Shown: positions 19,230 through 31,309 of the stretch, piece by piece
How the letters are laid out: every line of letters begins with the position of its first letter
Numbering within the stretch: the stretch's first letter is position 1
Assembly (NCBI GenBank): GCA_003660975.1
Contig: QMVG01000002.1
Span: 32,001-96,000, forward strand
DNA: 64,000 nt
Reading direction: 5' to 3'
Source: Candidatus Micrarchaeota archaeon
GTDB lineage: Archaea > B1Sed10-29 > B47-G15
The notes under the pieces: model-generated
What the model was told of the DNA's origin: nothing
Database searches by the model: none
Seen by the model: only the letters and a program-made list of their open reading frames with translations
Made by a program: the position numbers and the translations under genes

Positions 19230-21233
19230 ATGAAATTGATTATAGCTGAAAAGGCCAGTGCAGCGCGTAGGATTGCGGAGATACTTGGCATTAAAAAAAG
19301 CGAGAAATATAAGGGCATTCCAATATATCATCTAAAAGACGCTGTTGTTATTCCTCTTAGAGGCCATATCGTTGATTTGGAATTTCCCAAGGAGTATTCC
19401 AGTTGGACCAGAGTAAGTCTTTCATCTCTTCTCAAAGCGCCAATACTCTATAAACTGGCCAATAAGGACATAAGAGATGTTTTAAAAAAATATGCAAAAG
19501 ATGCGGATATTCTTATAATAGCAACTGATTACGACAGAGAAGGAGAAAGCATAGGCAAAGAGGCAATAAACATAGTGAAAGAATTTAACCCAGGAATAAA
19601 AGTAAAACGCGCCAAGTTTTCTGCTATAACTGAGAAAGATATTAAAGAGGCTTTTACACATCTCCAGGATTTTAATTACAAAATGGCCAATGCAGCAGAT
19701 GCTCGCAGGGAAATAGACTTGTTGTGGGGGGCAATACTAACACGATATGTATCCTTAGCCTCTCAGCGCTTGGGAAAATCCTTTCTCTCTGTTGGCAGGG
19801 TTCAGACTCCCACCTTATCTCTCATAGTATCTAGGGAGGAGGAAATAAAAAGCTTCAAACCCAAGCCATATTGGCAGGTCAAGATTCGCTGCACAAAGAA
19901 AAAGAAGAGCTTTGATGCAGTATATCACAAAGAAAAGATTTTTGAGAAGTCAGAAGCAGATCGTTTATCTCTTTTAAAAGCTGACACTGCTAAGGTTCTT
20001 GCTGTTGAGAAGAAAAGGTTAAAGCAAGCAGCTCCTACCCCGTTCTCAACAAATGACTTTTTGAGAGCAGCAGCTTCTCTTGGCTTCAGCCCAAAAAGGG
20101 CCTTAGACATAGCGGAATCTCTTTATATTCAGGGATATATCTCATATCCAAGAACAGACAATACAGTGTATCCATCCACACTAAACCTAAGGGAGATATT
20201 AAAAAAGCTTTCTAAATCCCCTGATTACAGAGCATATGCAGAAAAAGTTCTGTCTATGAAGAAACTCCAGCCTAGCAAAGGTAGGAAAAAAGCCACAGAC
20301 CACCCACCAATACACCCAGTGGATATTGCCAAGGGATTGAGTAAACAAGAGAAAAAGATTTATGACTTAATCGTAAGAAGATTTCTGGCCACCTTGTATC
20401 CTCCAGCAGAGTTGGAAAGCGTTTCAGTTAAGTTGGGCTACTGTGGTGAGTTCTTTCTTGCCTCTGGAAAGCGTTATGTTGAAAAAGCTTGGAAGGAAGT
20501 TTATACATTTGGCAAGGACAAGGAAGAGATACTTCCTCCTTTGCTGGAAGGTGAGGAAGTTAAAGTAAAGAAATTGATTGTGGAAGAGAAAGAAACAAAG
20601 CCAAAACCAAGGTTTTCAGCATCTGCACTGTTAAAGCTTATGGAGGACCTAGGACTGGGGACCAAAAGCACCAGGGCTGAAATTATCCAGAAGCTCCAGA
20701 GCAGGGGTTATATATCTGGCGCCAAGGTTTTTGTACCATCAAAAATAGCTCATGCAGTTGTTGACATGCTCAGGAAATATGGTAGAAAAATAACAGAGGC
20801 ATCTATGACTGCTGAGCTTGAAAAGGAAATAGATGACATAGAGAAGGGGAAAAAGAAGAAAGAGGAAGTGGTTAAAAATTCAAGTAAAATGCTTTCAGAA
20901 GTGCTAGAAGTCTTGGAGGACAATAAGTTCAGAGTAGCAGGCGACCTTCAAAAGGCATTGAAAGAAGACAGCGTGCTTGGAAAATGCCCAAAATGTGGAG
21001 GAGATTTACTTATAATAGAAACGAATAAAGGCACCCGTTTTGTCGGATGCTCTGGCTACAAAAACGGTTGTGATGTTTCCTATCCATTACCTGCCAAGGG
21101 AAAGATAGTGAACCTTCATAAGAAGTGTAATGTATGTGGTCTTCCCATGATAAGGGTTATCCGTGGCAGGCGATATTTTGATATGTGCATAAACCCAAAT
21201 TGCCCCAGCAAAAAGGATTGGTCCAGCAAGTGA
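19230..21233 (+). CDS. topA: DNA topoisomerase IA
   Basis: IIAEK, ATDYDREGE, SVGRVQTP, ISYPRTD, DHPPIHP, GTKSTR, C-terminal Zn ribbons. Confidence 0.97.
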   Translation: MKLIIAEKASAARRIAEILGIKKSEKYKGIPIYHLKDAVVIPLRGHIVDLEFPKEYSSWTRVSLSSLLKAPILYKLANKDIRDVLKKYAKDADILIIATDYDREGESIGKEAINIVKEFNPGIKVKRAKFSAITEKDIKEAFTHLQDFNYKMANAADARREIDLLWGAILTRYVSLASQRLGKSFLSVGRVQTPTLSLIVSREEEIKSFKPKPYWQVKIRCTKKKKSFDAVYHKEKIFEKSEADRLSLLKADTAKVLAVEKKRLKQAAPTPFSTNDFLRAAASLGFSPKRALDIAESLYIQGYISYPRTDNTVYPSTLNLREILKKLSKSPDYRAYAEKVLSMKKLQPSKGRKKATDHPPIHPVDIAKGLSKQEKKIYDLIVRRFLATLYPPAELESVSVKLGYCGEFFLASGKRYVEKAWKEVYTFGKDKEEILPPLLEGEEVKVKKLIVEEKETKPKPRFSASALLKLMEDLGLGTKSTRAEIIQKLQSRGYISGAKVFVPSKIAHAVVDMLRKYGRKITEASMTAELEKEIDDIEKGKKKKEEVVKNSSKMLSEVLEVLEDNKFRVAGDLQKALKEDSVLGKCPKCGGDLLIIETNKGTRFVGCSGYKNGCDVSYPLPAKGKIVNLHKKCNVCGLPMIRVIRGRRYFDMCINPNCPSKKDWSSK

Positions 21234-21237
21234 TGAA

Positions 21238-22395
21238 ATGAAATTTGAAAAGCCCTTCATTGCACTTTTATTTTCAACATTTTTTCTTACAGCTGCATCA
21301 TCAATTATTGCTCCAATAGAGTCGAGGTTTATACAAACCCTAAATGCAGACCCTGCCGTGATAGGCTTTACCCTGTCAATCCCTTCAATAGTGTTTATAA
21401 TTATTTCTCCTTTAATTGGCAGGCTGTCTGTTAAGTACGGTCTTCGTAAGTTAACACTCTATTCTATCTGGTTTTCTGTTGTGATTCCCATAGTATATGC
21501 GAGTAGCCAAAATATACTCCAATATATGGGGGCAAAGTTAGGTTATGGGCTTACTGCAGTGGTCTTCGGTCCAATTATGTATTCAATACTGCAATATTAT
21601 ATATCAGATAGAAAGGAAAGCAGAGGCCAGCTATCTGGCTTTTACTTCTCTGCCCAAGCCATAGGAGGAAGCTTAGCTTCTTTCATGGGAGGGTTTATAG
21701 CAGATAGCTTTTTTCTGGCTGCCCCATATTATGCGATGGCAGTTTTTACATTGCTTTCTGCTTTGTCTATGCATTTCGTCGATGTAAAAGAGAAAATAGA
21801 AGTACCCAGATATCACAAACCATTCCAGCTCTTGAGATACTTAATAAAGGATAAAACCGTTCGTTTTACATTTATCTTTTCTTCTATGGCTAGTATGCAT
21901 TGGGGCATGAGGGCTGTAATATTTCCCCTATTTATTTTTTCTATGACAGGTGCAAACTTTTACACCGGTCTCTTGTACTCGTCAATGGGCTTGCTTGCTA
22001 TGTTTACATTACCTATGGCAGGCCATTTACTAGACAAAAAGGGCATAAGAGTAAGCATCTATGCTATTGCAGTCCTCGCTATTTCTTCCCTTCTTATGGC
22101 CTTCTCAAACAACTTTCTTTTTTTCTATTTATTTTCACTTCTTTATGTCATCGGAGAGGCATTTAACGGCACTACTCTTAGTTATGTTGATGTTAGTCAT
22201 TTACCTGAACAAATACGCAAAGAACTAATTTCTTTGAGGGCCTCTCTCTTTGCGTTGGTCTCTTTTATTGCCCCTTTTCTTGCTGGCCTCGTTCTTAAAT
22301 ACAGCTCCTACCAAGTTGTATTGCTTTTATTTTCATCTTTTTTCTGGATATTGCTTTTTTACACCTTGTTTTTGTTTGGACGGGGAGAATTATAG
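21238..22395 (+). CDS. Major facilitator superfamily transporter
   Basis: About 12 TM helices; GRLSVKYGLR and GHLLDKKGIR motif A variants. Confidence 0.88.
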   Translation: MKFEKPFIALLFSTFFLTAASSIIAPIESRFIQTLNADPAVIGFTLSIPSIVFIIISPLIGRLSVKYGLRKLTLYSIWFSVVIPIVYASSQNILQYMGAKLGYGLTAVVFGPIMYSILQYYISDRKESRGQLSGFYFSAQAIGGSLASFMGGFIADSFFLAAPYYAMAVFTLLSALSMHFVDVKEKIEVPRYHKPFQLLRYLIKDKTVRFTFIFSSMASMHWGMRAVIFPLFIFSMTGANFYTGLLYSSMGLLAMFTLPMAGHLLDKKGIRVSIYAIAVLAISSLLMAFSNNFLFFYLFSLLYVIGEAFNGTTLSYVDVSHLPEQIRKELISLRASLFALVSFIAPFLAGLVLKYSSYQVVLLLFSSFFWILLFYTLFLFGRGEL

Positions 22396-22456
22396 AAAAC
22401 ACTAACATAATCTTTAAAAATAGCCTATGTCATTTAATACTCAGCTGGTGAGTGTC

Positions 22457-23491
22457 ATGAATACCTCTCGTTTTAGGATTTTAGTTAAGCACCCTTTTCA
22501 CGTGTTGAGGTTTGTGCTGAAAAAGGACATTCCCATATTCACACATATCTATGTGACAAGAAGATGTAATTTGCACTGTGCAAAATGTAGGGTAATTGAG
22601 AGGAGAGGTTCAAGAGAGCTGAGCCTGGAAGAATGGAAGAAAGTAATGGACAGAATGAGTGAATGGGGAACGATAATACTTACTGTTCAGGGTGGGGAAG
22701 GAATGTTAAGGCCAGATATTTATGATATTCTATCTTATGCATCAAAGAAATTCTACACCACATTTTATACTAATGCAGTTTTATTGGATGAAGTAAAAAT
22801 TAATAAGTTAATAAGCACAGGTATTGCAGGTATTGGTGTCTCTCTTGACTCTCTCTCTGCTGTGAAGGAAGCAAAGATGGGGAGAGGAGACATTGCAACT
22901 AAGAAAGTGATAGAGTTTCTAGAATACGTGAAAAATATAAAAAGGAAACCAAAGATTACAGTAAATACAGTAATAACACACCTTAACCTGTCAGAGATAC
23001 CTGACCTGGCCAAGTTTGCCAATGAGCATGGTGCATTTTTCTCAGTGGCAGTTCTAGAGTCAACACCTGGAGACAGGTGGTGGTTCAGGAATTATGCTCC
23101 TTTCCTGGAGATAAAAGAGAAAGATTATCCAGAGCTAGAGAGGGTTATCAATGAGCTAATTAGAATGAAGAAGAAGGGCTATAAAATCTCCAACGATGTA
23201 AACCAATTGAAAAATGCCGTTCGTTATATCAAAAAAGAATACACTCCGCCCTGTAATGCAGCCAAGCTTTATTATTCTGTAAATGAAGACGGGCGTTTTA
23301 TGGGCTGTCAGGACCTGGAACCTATACCTAAGAGGATTGATGAAATGCAGTCAATAAAGGAAGCCTGGCAATACAAAAAGATGATTAAGGACATTGAGAC
23401 ATGCCCAGGTTGCTACTATGGCTGTTATGTTTCTATAACTGATTTGGCCAGCAATCCTTTGAAGTTTTTGATAGGAGAAATTCTCCATTAG
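22457..23491 (+). CDS. Radical SAM protein with SPASM/twitch-like C-terminal Cys cluster
   Basis: CNLHCAKC, GGE, TN, VSLD; C-terminal CNAA...GCQ...CPGCYYGC; GGTGA SD before 22457 (alternative start 22427). Confidence 0.88.
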   Translation: MNTSRFRILVKHPFHVLRFVLKKDIPIFTHIYVTRRCNLHCAKCRVIERRGSRELSLEEWKKVMDRMSEWGTIILTVQGGEGMLRPDIYDILSYASKKFYTTFYTNAVLLDEVKINKLISTGIAGIGVSLDSLSAVKEAKMGRGDIATKKVIEFLEYVKNIKRKPKITVNTVITHLNLSEIPDLAKFANEHGAFFSVAVLESTPGDRWWFRNYAPFLEIKEKDYPELERVINELIRMKKKGYKISNDVNQLKNAVRYIKKEYTPPCNAAKLYYSVNEDGRFMGCQDLEPIPKRIDEMQSIKEAWQYKKMIKDIETCPGCYYGCYVSITDLASNPLKFLIGEILH

Positions 23492-23503
23492 AAGGTGTGG
23501 TAT

Positions 23504-24637
23504 ATGAAATTGGCTGTGATACAACCACACCTCCATGTATATGGCGGTGTAGAAAAGGTCATATTAGAAATCGCAAAGAATTTTGATGTCACTGTTTATA
23601 CTTTGACATATAAGCCTGAATCTCTGTATCCTGAATTTGGTAACCTAGATATTAGAGTACTCAAACCCATGTGGCCAAGCGCTTTATTACCTAGCAACCG
23701 AATTTTCAACGCCCTCAAAGCTTCGTGGACTTTCTACAAAACAGAATTAGATGATTATGATATCATAAACCCCCATGGCAGTCCGGCAGAATGGATAGCT
23801 AATAAAAATTCAAATGTTTTGTGGTACAATCATGGAATAATGCGTGAAGTTTTTGACATTTCTTCTTTTAGAAGGAAAGCATATAAACCACCAACACGCG
23901 TTGCACATTTTGTTTTCTCAAATATCTTCAAATTCATAGAGAAACACATGGTGAAAAATATAAGTTACACTTTAACAAACAGCAATTATTCAAAGACCCT
24001 GCTTTGGAAATATTTAGGTATTGAAGCAGAGGTTTTGCACCCTGCAGTAGATTTAGGACATTTTAAACCGAAAGCCCACAGCAAATATTTCCTGGTTGTC
24101 TCTAGAATTGGGTATGAAAAGCGCCAGCATTATGCAATAGAAGCATTCAAGAAATTTATACAAAAGACTAAGAGAAAAGATTGGAAATTGATAATTGCAG
24201 GAGGATATGGAGATGGAGGCAAAGCCCAAGAAGATTATTTTAATATGTTAAAAAGTATTGCACCAAAAAATGTACAGTTTATGTTAAACATAACTGAGCC
24301 AGAGAAGAGAAAATTGATTGAAAATTGTTATGCTTTGCTTTTCCCTTCAATGAATGAGCCATTCGGCATTGTTCCTTTAGAGGCCATGGCCGCTGGAAAA
24401 GTTGTTATCGTCATGAGGGACTGTGGAGGGCCATTGGATTACATGCAAGAAGGCAAGAACGGTTTTATTGCACCTTCAATAGAAGCAATGGCGGATAGGA
24501 TGAATTTTCTTGTTGAGCATAGAAAAATTAATGAGGAAATGGGCAAGTTTGCAAGAAAATACGTATTTAATAACTTCAAAACGCACGACTTTATAAGAGC
24601 TTTTAAGAAAGCCTGCCGTTTAGTTATGGGTGGGTAG
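23504..24637 (+). CDS. Glycosyltransferase family 4 (Alg2-like N-terminus)
   Basis: QPHLHVYGGVEK, SRIGYEK, EPFGIVPLEAMAAG. Confidence 0.92.
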   Translation: MKLAVIQPHLHVYGGVEKVILEIAKNFDVTVYTLTYKPESLYPEFGNLDIRVLKPMWPSALLPSNRIFNALKASWTFYKTELDDYDIINPHGSPAEWIANKNSNVLWYNHGIMREVFDISSFRRKAYKPPTRVAHFVFSNIFKFIEKHMVKNISYTLTNSNYSKTLLWKYLGIEAEVLHPAVDLGHFKPKAHSKYFLVVSRIGYEKRQHYAIEAFKKFIQKTKRKDWKLIIAGGYGDGGKAQEDYFNMLKSIAPKNVQFMLNITEPEKRKLIENCYALLFPSMNEPFGIVPLEAMAAGKVVIVMRDCGGPLDYMQEGKNGFIAPSIEAMADRMNFLVEHRKINEEMGKFARKYVFNNFKTHDFIRAFKKACRLVMGG

Positions 24638-24638
24638 C

Positions 24639-25415
24639 ATGGAAATTGTGATAGACCCCAAGAAATCTATTAATGAAAATATATCTCACTATTATGAAAA
24701 AGCGAAAAAGGCAAAGGCAAAGCTGAAAGGTCTTGAGAGAGCCATTGAAGAAACAAAAAGGCTGATTGCGATTGAAGAGGAAAAGGAAGCAGAAGCAAAT
24801 GTTTTGCAAAAGAAAAAAGTTAGGAAAAAAGAATGGTATGAAAAATTTCACTGGTGCTTTACTAGGAACGGTCTTTTACTGCTTGCTGGAAAAGATGCTA
24901 AAAGCAACCAGGTTTTGGTTTCAAGGCATATGGAGAAGGATGACTTGTACTTCCATGCAGATGTGCAGGGAGCACCTTCTGTATTGTTGAAGAAAGGCAG
25001 GAATGCAAAGCAAGAGGATATAGAAGACGCAGCAGTATTTGCAGCCTCATATTCAAGCGCTTGGAAAAAAGGAGCCAATGCTGTTGATGTGTATTATGTT
25101 GGACCCTCACAGGTTAGCAGGTCTGCTCCATCTGGAGAATATTTGCCTAAGGGAGCTTTTATGATCAAAGGAAAGAAAAATTACATAAGAAATGTTCCTT
25201 TGCAGTTATGGGTTTCTTTCTTTGATGGTAAACTGCAAACCCTTCCATACAAGACAAATGAAAAAGCATTTCTAATAAAGCCAGGAGGCAGCAGCTCAAA
25301 ACACGAAACTGCTAAAAAGTTGCTCAAGCTATTGAAAGAAGCGTTTCCAGATGCAGACATTGACATTGACTGGCTAATGCAGAGACTACCTAATGGAAAC
25401 TCCATAGTTATGTGA
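24639..25415 (+). CDS. NFACT-R (DUF814) protein: C-terminal portion of Rqc2/RqcH
   Basis: IDPKKSINEN..YYEKAKK, WYEKFHW, AGKDAKSN, YFHADVQGAP, APSGEYLPKGAFMIKG. Confidence 0.88.
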   Translation: MEIVIDPKKSINENISHYYEKAKKAKAKLKGLERAIEETKRLIAIEEEKEAEANVLQKKKVRKKEWYEKFHWCFTRNGLLLLAGKDAKSNQVLVSRHMEKDDLYFHADVQGAPSVLLKKGRNAKQEDIEDAAVFAASYSSAWKKGANAVDVYYVGPSQVSRSAPSGEYLPKGAFMIKGKKNYIRNVPLQLWVSFFDGKLQTLPYKTNEKAFLIKPGGSSSKHETAKKLLKLLKEAFPDADIDIDWLMQRLPNGNSIVM

Positions 25416-26463
25416 TAAATTCCTTTAGCCTTCTCACCGCGTTTTTCTTTTCCTTATCCCCTATTTTCGCCTTTTCTATGGCCTCCTCCAACACAGATAT
25501 GCTTTTATCATATACTGCTTTATTAACTGGATAAGGAAAGCCGTCCTTACCGCCATGAGCAAAGGAATATTTTACTGGGTCCTTCCAACTAAGCTCTGCG
25601 CCGTATATCAGTTCAGAAATAAGCGCCAAAGCTCTGATTGTTTTTGGACCAAGCCCTCTTATCGCTATCAGCTCTTGGTAATTTTCAGGCTGCAATTCAT
25701 AAGCTTTGTATAAAACTTTCCATGCTCTTTTGCTCAAATCACTTTTTTTCACTTGGTGGTGCTTGGGCAACTTCAAATATTTCATAGAGGTCTGGCCGTT
25801 AAAGTATTTTTCTAAATGCACAGGATTGTCTTTAACAATGTCAACAGATACCTTTCTCGCCTCCTCGCTGTTCTTTGATGTCATGTCTAAAACATTTCTC
25901 TTTTTGACATCTCCACATATCGCTGTGTGAGGTTCTATAACCAATGATTTTAAGCCCTCAGACAACCAATGATATCTTCTTGCATTGCCTGAAGCAGCCA
26001 TCCCCTGCTGTATAACAGCCCAATTACCTGTTTCAGATATAAAAAATGAGTGTTGGTATAGCTGATAGCCATCTTGTATACAAGCATTGTCCACTTTAGC
26101 GACAATCCTGCTTGTTTTTACAAGTTCTTCATTCCCTGTTGTTTTTATTATCTCTTCAGGCGTTCTCCTAGAAGCTTTTCCTTTTCCCCCACAAACCACA
26201 ACACCATGTTCTTTCAGGGATAAAGACAGCTTCAAAGCAGCGCATAGTGTTGTGGTGCTTCCTGATGAGTGCCAGTCAAAACCCAGCACACAAGCAAAAG
26301 CTTGAAACCAGTAGGGATCTGATAACCTTTTTAACAACTCATTAGGGCCATAATCATCAACTATTATTTTACTTACTGTTCCACCCAATCTCTGCATTCT
26401 CTCAAATAGCCATTTTGGTGCCTTCCCATAATGCAATGGCAGGTCAGCAATGCCAGTCCTCAT
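25408..26463 (-). CDS. DUF763 family protein
   Basis: ADLPLHYGKAPKWLF, GFDWHSSG, QDGYQLY, SFAHGGKDG. Confidence 0.9.
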   Translation of the reverse strand: MRTGIADLPLHYGKAPKWLFERMQRLGGTVSKIIVDDYGPNELLKRLSDPYWFQAFACVLGFDWHSSGSTTTLCAALKLSLSLKEHGVVVCGGKGKASRRTPEEIIKTTGNEELVKTSRIVAKVDNACIQDGYQLYQHSFFISETGNWAVIQQGMAASGNARRYHWLSEGLKSLVIEPHTAICGDVKKRNVLDMTSKNSEEARKVSVDIVKDNPVHLEKYFNGQTSMKYLKLPKHHQVKKSDLSKRAWKVLYKAYELQPENYQELIAIRGLGPKTIRALALISELIYGAELSWKDPVKYSFAHGGKDGFPYPVNKAVYDKSISVLEEAIEKAKIGDKEKKNAVRRLKEFIT

Positions 26464-26528
26464 GTAGCTCCCATAGAAAATTAAGAGGGATATACTTATA
26501 AACGCACGCTGCACATGGCGATTGTCCT

Positions 26529-27185
26529 TTATTCATCATCTACTATGCCACTGCCAACTATTCTAAAAAGAGCTTCCTCACCCTCTTTTTTAAAGAGGTG
26601 CTTCCTGAGTATTGCCTTCCTTCTCCCATCTCCACCATTTTTCTGCAGTTCTACTATTACCTTTGAGTCATACTTTACTGTATCTCCCCCAACAGGCTCA
26701 ACTCTGCCAGAGTCAAAGTTTTCATATACTTGGTTAGTGACAAGAACAGGCACATCATAGGTTCTTGCATATTGCAGAAGGCTGTTCATCTGCTTACCCA
26801 TAAGCCTATTTATCTCTTTAACATTACTCTCATCTCTCTCCAACCTATACAAAGATGAGATGCTGTCTACAATTACAAAATCTGCTCTTTTGAGATTTTT
26901 TATCACTTTATCCTGCTCTTCAAAGCTTGTAATTTCATATAAAATGGTGTTTTTAAGCACCTCTTCATAGCTCTTAGCAGCTATCTGCCTCAGTCTTTTC
27001 TCATTGAAGCTTCCTTCAGTGTCTATGAAAATGGCTTTTTTTCCTATTTTTACAGCATTGACGAGAGCTTGGAGGGCAATATTGGTTTTTCCACTGCCTG
27101 CAGGTCCATATATCTGGGTAAGCATCTTTTTTGCTATGCCTCCTCCAAGGAGTTGGTCCAATGCTCTGCAACCAATAGGAACCAT
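26529..27185 (-). CDS. radB: DNA repair protein RadB
   Basis: QIYGPAGSGKT, IDTEG, TNQVY, ILRKH basic patch; no RadA N-terminal domain. Confidence 0.92.
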   Translation of the reverse strand: MVPIGCRALDQLLGGGIAKKMLTQIYGPAGSGKTNIALQALVNAVKIGKKAIFIDTEGSFNEKRLRQIAAKSYEEVLKNTILYEITSFEEQDKVIKNLKRADFVIVDSISSLYRLERDESNVKEINRLMGKQMNSLLQYARTYDVPVLVTNQVYENFDSGRVEPVGGDTVKYDSKVIVELQKNGGDGRRKAILRKHLFKKEGEEALFRIVGSGIVDDE

Positions 27186-27233
27186 AAAGTTATTATACCC
27201 TTAATTCTTTATACTGCTTGCGACGGTGACTGT

Positions 27234-27428
27234 ATGGACAAAATACAAGCAGTAATACTGGGCGTTTTCGTTATACTTGTTCTGACAGGTCTTATAGGTA
27301 GCTCCAGCTCTCCAACCTCTATTGAGCAGGAGATAACATTTATGAGCTTTGAAGAGTATCACCAAATGCAACATAGCGAGGCTATGGGCAATGTTCAGAG
27401 TGTTCAACCATTAGGTTTTAATTCATAA
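27234..27428 (+). CDS. Small exported or membrane-anchored protein (64 aa)
   Basis: GGTGA SD; MDKIQAVILGVFVILVLTGLIG hydrophobic N-terminus; EEYHQMQH segment. Confidence 0.55.
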   Translation: MDKIQAVILGVFVILVLTGLIGSSSSPTSIEQEITFMSFEEYHQMQHSEAMGNVQSVQPLGFNS

Positions 27429-29612
<2,184 letters not shown>

Positions 29613-29613
29613 T

Positions 29614-30228
29614 CTAGAGTAAAGACCTTACCAGCTCTACTGTGCCTCCAAAGCCCAGCCAGAAATTGAACAGCAACATTGTGATAAAGACAACAGCCCA
29701 GACCTTGAAGCTCCATGCAGCTACTTTTGAGCCGTCAAGTGGAGGTATTGGCAGGAGGTTGAAGAGGCCTAAAAAGATATTTATGGTAAATCCCCAAGAG
29801 GCAAGTGTTTTAATGAAAGCGATCTGGGGAAGAAGGACATAAAGAAACACAAAAAGTATGGACAGCACAAAATTGGAAAAAGGCCCTGCTAAGCTTATAA
29901 TGCCATCTTCTCTTCGCGTTAGATTTGCCTTGTAAATGTAAACAGCACCAGGCGCTGCGAATATAAACCTACCTCCTGTTATAACTGCCATCATAAGCGC
30001 AAAAACAAGCCCCATGGTCCATGCCTTGTAAAACGCATGACAGCCAAAATGGATAGCCACGAACCTATGAGATAACTCGTGGACAACAAAGCCAAGGCCA
30101 ACTGCAAGAAATATTATTGGAATAAGCTGATAATTGCCAAAGTTTATGGCAAAAAGACTGAATGCTAATGAAATGGTGAAAAAAGACACAAACAAGTCAA
30201 AAATCTCTCCTCTGTAAAACAGCCCCAT
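29614..30228 (-). CDS. Site-2 protease family (M50) metalloprotease
   Basis: HELSH, LAGP, FNLLPIPPLDG. Confidence 0.93.
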   Translation of the reverse strand: MGLFYRGEIFDLFVSFFTISLAFSLFAINFGNYQLIPIIFLAVGLGFVVHELSHRFVAIHFGCHAFYKAWTMGLVFALMMAVITGGRFIFAAPGAVYIYKANLTRREDGIISLAGPFSNFVLSILFVFLYVLLPQIAFIKTLASWGFTINIFLGLFNLLPIPPLDGSKVAAWSFKVWAVVFITMLLFNFWLGFGGTVELVRSLL

Positions 30229-30316
30229 GGGAATCAAGAAGATTACTCAGAAGATATAAAAAAGCTTTACCAATACGTTTAAAAATTTGTCAGTTCACAA
30301 TAGATGGGGGATCGCT

Positions 30317-31069
30317 ATGAAATTTGTAAATGTATTTGTTGTACTTGTATCAGCCGTTGCAATTGTTATGCTTTCACTTTTAATCCATCCAGCGAACAAT
30401 GCAGTGGCGGCCCAAGAGGGGCAGATAACAGAGAGCTTTAATGTTTCTGTAACAGGAGAAGCCTCTGTATATCTCAACCCAAATAAGGTAATTGTTAATC
30501 TGGGAGTTGAAACGCTCTCAAAAACCGCAAAAGAGTCTCAGGAGAGAAACGCAGAAATAATGAACGACGTGCTTGCAGCTTTAGAGCAGGCAGGCATAAG
30601 CAGGGAGCAGATAAAGACAACGCACTACAGCTTATATGCTGACTATGACTGGAGTAATGGAGATAGGGTATTCAAAGGCTATAAAACAAGGCATTACATA
30701 CAAGTGAGCTCTAAGAACATAGACAAGGCAGGAAGCATAGTTGACGCTGCCTCCTCAGCAGGGGCCAACTACATAGGAGACATACAATTTACATTAACAG
30801 ATGAGGCTATGCTGGAAGCCAAGAAAGCTGCAATTGCCATAGCTACAAACAATTCCAAAGAAAAGGCAATGGCAATCGCCAGAACCTTCGGAAATTACCG
30901 CATTGTGCCTGTGAAGCTGAGCCTTTCTTCATATAGCCCATATCCCATATACAAAGGTGCCATAGGAAACTATATGGAAAGCGAGAGGTCTGCCTCAACA
31001 CAGATATATAGTGGAGACATACGTGTTTCAGCAACTGTTCAGGCCCTCTATAAGGCGATTCCCTCTTAA
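30317..31069 (+). CDS. SIMPL domain (DUF541) protein
   Basis: N-terminal TM; VSVTGEA, IKTTHYSL, AGANYIGDIQF. Confidence 0.9.
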   Translation: MKFVNVFVVLVSAVAIVMLSLLIHPANNAVAAQEGQITESFNVSVTGEASVYLNPNKVIVNLGVETLSKTAKESQERNAEIMNDVLAALEQAGISREQIKTTHYSLYADYDWSNGDRVFKGYKTRHYIQVSSKNIDKAGSIVDAASSAGANYIGDIQFTLTDEAMLEAKKAAIAIATNNSKEKAMAIARTFGNYRIVPVKLSLSSYSPYPIYKGAIGNYMESERSASTQIYSGDIRVSATVQALYKAIPS

Positions 31070-31094
31070 CTCTTTTTAACCTTTTCTTGTTGGG

Positions 31095-31115
31095 AAACAG
31101 TTTTAAGCCCTGTTT
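31095..31115 (+). promoter_or_regulatory. TATA-like box flanked by inverted repeat AAACAG-N9-CTGTTT
   Basis: TTTTAAG at 31101-31107, about 23 nt before the mini-pilin ATG (leaderless spacing). Confidence 0.4.
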
Positions 31116-31129
31116 TTTCAAAGACAGTT

Positions 31130-31309
31130 ATGGACAATAGGGCCCAAATTTCTATAGAGATGCTCCTCGTGGCAGGGGCTTTGTTCGCCGTGGCAGTTCT
31201 TGTTGTCAGCAGCCTGACGCAGAGTTCAAAAGAAGCAAGTGATAAGATGAGCGCCAAGGTAAGCGAGGTTTTGGAGAAAATTGACAAGATGACAGAAGGT
31301 GCTTCCTAA
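31130..31309 (+). CDS. 59-aa mini-pilin (not in ORF track)
   Basis: Hand translation MDNRA/QISIEMLLVAGALFAVAVLVVSSLTQSSKEASDKMSAKVSEVLEKIDKMTEGAS. Confidence 0.87.
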   Translation: MDNRAQISIEMLLVAGALFAVAVLVVSSLTQSSKEASDKMSAKVSEVLEKIDKMTEGAS

